This document shows positions 30,518-32,726 of a stretch of DNA of 32,726 bases, in pieces. A model generated the notes under the pieces. That model searched no databases. It was not told where the DNA came from and saw nothing but the letters and a program-made list of their open reading frames with translations. Each line of letters begins with the position of its first letter. Positions within the stretch are counted from its first letter, which is position 1. This DNA is from Solirubrobacterales bacterium. Lineage in GTDB: Bacteria > Actinomycetota > Thermoleophilia > Solirubrobacterales > 70-9. A program made the position numbers and the translations under genes. The stretch covers positions 1-32,726 of the forward strand of contig JBMSXD010000001.1 in assembly GCA_049425265.1 (NCBI GenBank). The letters run 5' to 3'.

Positions 30518-31650
30518 CGGGACCCGGCAGCCTCCCGCGGTACCCGGGCAGAAATACCGCAGGTCACCTCGTAGTTGATCGTGTCGAGCAGTCCGGCGAG
30601 GTCTTCGGCGAGGATCCGCTCGTCACCATCGCGGCCGATCAGTACGACCCGATCACCTGTCTCCACCCCGGACTCGCCGGGCGGCCCGAGGTCGACCGCG
30701 ACGTTGTCCATCGAGATCGTTCCGGCGACCGGCAGGCGGTGACCACCGACCAGGACGGAGGCCCTCCCGGAAAGCCCTCGCCTGTACCCGTCGCCGTAGC
30801 CGATCGGGACGGTTGCCACCTCGGAGGGGCCGGAGGCGATCCAGGTCCGGCCATAGCCGACCGAATCCCCCGCCGCGAGGGTCCTGGTCGAACCGACCCA
30901 GGAGACGAGAGAGAGGACCGGCTCCAGACCGAGGTCCGACGGATCCCCTCCGAACGGATCCATCCCGTAGAGCGCAACGCCTGGCCGAACCAGGTCCAGG
31001 TGGGAAGCTGCCTCACGAAAGACCGCAGCACTATTGGCCGCGTGCGCAAGGGTCCCCGGATGGTCGCTCCGTACGGCCTCGACGACCCTGAGGAACTTCT
31101 CGAGCTGCTCGTCCAGGAACGGGTCCGACCGATCGTCGGCCGTTGCGAAGTGGGTCCAGACGGCTTCAAGTTCCAGACCATCGGCAGCCGCGATTCGCTC
31201 CGCCATCCGAAGGACCCGTTCGGGGTCACGACAGCCCAGGCGACCCATCCCCGAGTCGTACTTGAGGTGGAGCTTGATCGGTCCCGGTGCCCGCTCCGTC
31301 AGCCGTTCCACCCGATCGATGAAGTCCTCCTCCCAGACCGGCAGCTCGGCCCCGGCACCGATCGCGACCTCGACTTCGGACCCGGTCAGGGAACCGAGGA
31401 CCACCACCGGAACCTCGCTGGAGACCTCCCGGGCCGCGACGGCTTCGTCTGCCGTTGCGACGCAGAACCGATCCACCCCGGCCTCGGCCAGGGCGGATCC
31501 ACAGAGCCACATACCGTGCCCGTAGGCATCGGCCTTGATCACCGGGCAGATCCCGACACCATCGCCGACGGACCTACGAACCACCTCCAGGTTCCGACGG
31601 AGTGCGTCGAGGTCGATCCGGGCGACCGCCCGGACGCCGGGGGAGCTCAC
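30514..31650 (-). CDS. alr: Alanine racemase
   Basis: PLP-Lys motif 'VIKADAYGHG', 'HLKYDSGMGRLG', and C-terminal 'GYGDGYRR' and 'ISMDN'. Confidence 0.92.
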   Translation of the reverse strand: MSSPGVRAVARIDLDALRRNLEVVRRSVGDGVGICPVIKADAYGHGMWLCGSALAEAGVDRFCVATADEAVAAREVSSEVPVVVLGSLTGSEVEVAIGAGAELPVWEEDFIDRVERLTERAPGPIKLHLKYDSGMGRLGCRDPERVLRMAERIAAADGLELEAVWTHFATADDRSDPFLDEQLEKFLRVVEAVRSDHPGTLAHAANSAAVFREAASHLDLVRPGVALYGMDPFGGDPSDLGLEPVLSLVSWVGSTRTLAAGDSVGYGRTWIASGPSEVATVPIGYGDGYRRGLSGRASVLVGGHRLPVAGTISMDNVAVDLGPPGESGVETGDRVVLIGRDGDERILAEDLAGLLDTINYEVTCGISARVPREAAGSR

Positions 31651-32111
31651 CCGCCGGTCAGGGCCGCCAGCACGTCGACCCTGGTCACCACCCCGACGAG
31701 CTTGCCGTCATCGTCTACGACCGGGAGTCGGTTGTGGTGCTTGCTCGAGATGAGGCGACCGGCCTCGCTTGCATCCTCGTCAGGTCCGACCGTCAGTGGA
31801 TCGGGGGTCATCAGGTCGGCCGCACTCGTGGCGAACGCCTTCTGTGCCCTCTCTTCGAAGTGCTTCATCGACTCGAGGAAGACCACCCCGCCCATGATGT
31901 TGACGTAATGGGGAAGGTGGAAGTCGGTCTCGTCGTCCGAGATCACCAGGTCGGACTCGGTGATGATCCCGACTACTTTCCGGTCTCCGTCGACCACGGG
32001 AACCCCGGGGAGGTCGTGCTCACGCAAGACCTCGAGGACCCTGCGGACATCCTCTTCCGGAGTCACAGAGGGCGGATCCACGTCCATTATTTCCGCAACG
32101 GTAGGCATCAA
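31647..32111 (-). CDS. CBS-pair domain protein
   Basis: Two CBS repeats ('LPGVPVVDGDRKVVGIITESDLV', 'HNRLPVVDDDGKLVGVVTRVDVL'). Its stop overlaps the alr start by 4 nt. Confidence 0.8.
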   Translation of the reverse strand: MMPTVAEIMDVDPPSVTPEEDVRRVLEVLREHDLPGVPVVDGDRKVVGIITESDLVISDDETDFHLPHYVNIMGGVVFLESMKHFEERAQKAFATSAADLMTPDPLTVGPDEDASEAGRLISSKHHNRLPVVDDDGKLVGVVTRVDVLAALTGG

Positions 32112-32138
32112 CCCGAGTCTAGTCGGTCCCCCACCCGC

Positions 32139-32726
32139 TCAGGGCAGGGGCCCGATCGCCTCCGGTAGCGCTTCGACCACATCCGAGGCGATCATGCCAT
32201 CGGTCGATCCAACCCTTCCGGCAGCGATCCTGCCCGCCCTGGCATGGACGAAGACTGCTGCTGCGGCGGCGTCGAACGGATCAAGGCCCCGTGCGAGGAA
32301 GGCGCCGCAGACCCCCGCCAGGACGTCGCCCGTGCCGGCAGTTGCCAGACCGGGAGCCTCGAGATCGTCGATCGCGATTCCCCCGGACCCGGCAACGATC
32401 GAGTCGTCGCCTTTGAGCACCACGACAGCCTCGGTTCGGGCGGCCTCCTCGACGGCCGAGCCGAGTCTCTGGGCCTCGACAGCTGCCGGCTCCCGGCCGA
32501 GCAGAAGGGCCATCTCGCCAGGATGGGGGGTGATCACCGTCGGGTGCGCCCGAGTGGCAATCGGACCCGGGTCATCGCCCAACAGGCTCAGGGCGTCCGC
32601 ATCGACCACCAACGGGGCTTCGACCTCCTCGACCAGCTGGCGTACGAGCGCGGCCGTCCCGTCGGCCCGACCGCTCCCCGAGCCGCGCACGACCGCTGCC
32701 GCTCCCTGGCAGTGGTCGAGGATCAT
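32139..32726 (-). CDS. nnr: NAD(P)H-hydrate dehydratase domain (YjeF C-terminal / Nnr); 5' end beyond the window
   Basis: 'PLVVDADALSLL', 'VITPHPGEMALL', 'VVVLKGDDSIV' and 'GTGDVLAGVCGAFLARGLDPFDAAAAAVFVHARAG' are the YjeF_C carbohydrate-kinase-fold blocks. The ORF is open to the window end. Confidence 0.85.
   Translation of the reverse strand: MILDHCQGAAAVVRGSGSGRADGTAALVRQLVEEVEAPLVVDADALSLLGDDPGPIATRAHPTVITPHPGEMALLLGREPAAVEAQRLGSAVEEAARTEAVVVLKGDDSIVAGSGGIAIDDLEAPGLATAGTGDVLAGVCGAFLARGLDPFDAAAAAVFVHARAGRIAAGRVGSTDGMIASDVVEALPEAIGPLP

Noticed and set aside
28814-31908. Two long plus-strand ORFs (28814-30574, 586 aa, and 30385-31908, 507 aa), antisense to infA, cca, alr and the CBS gene.
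   Set aside because: They have shadow-frame composition. The minus-strand genes (IF-1, CCA-adding enzyme, alanine racemase) are unmistakable.
1-32726. CRISPR arrays, IS elements, prophage genes, toxin-antitoxin pairs or known defence systems.
   Set aside because: I saw no repeat-spacer periodicity and no transposase, integrase, recombinase, nuclease or ATPase signatures on either strand. The only tandem repeat found is the 2x15-bp coding duplication at 15631-15660.

Overview
This is a densely coding, visibly high-GC chromosomal segment (roughly two-thirds G+C by eye, not computed) from an actinobacterium-like organism. It holds about 38 protein genes and one tRNA-Pro. I saw no rRNA, CRISPR array, transposase, integrase or recognisable defence gene. 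The left part (1-14.6 kb) encodes envelope and accessory metabolism: an OafA-type acyltransferase-SGNH fusion, BI-1/YccA, an SDR, a DHA2 MFS pump, an FMO / BASS transporter / epimerase operon, a DUF1015 / PduO adenosyltransferase / OsmC / Nudix operon, trxB, and a PAP2_3 + LPG-synthase-TM pair. The centre (14.7-26.0 kb) is a respiratory island. It contains a complete canonical A2-type aa3 oxidase operon on the minus strand (ctaC-ctaD-X-ctaE-small TM), heme O and heme A synthases (ctaB, ctaA) and a di-heme lipoprotein cytochrome c. The most interesting item is a second subunit II / subunit I pair directly upstream of ctaB: both ORFs are intact, but nearly all metal-ligand positions are replaced. 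The right part (26-32.7 kb) holds a frameshifted GT4 glycosyltransferase, a small zinc-ribbon ORF, a secreted Cys-containing protein of unknown family, infA, cca, alr, a CBS protein and the 3' part of nnr. All family calls come from motif recognition by eye; no database search or computation was possible.
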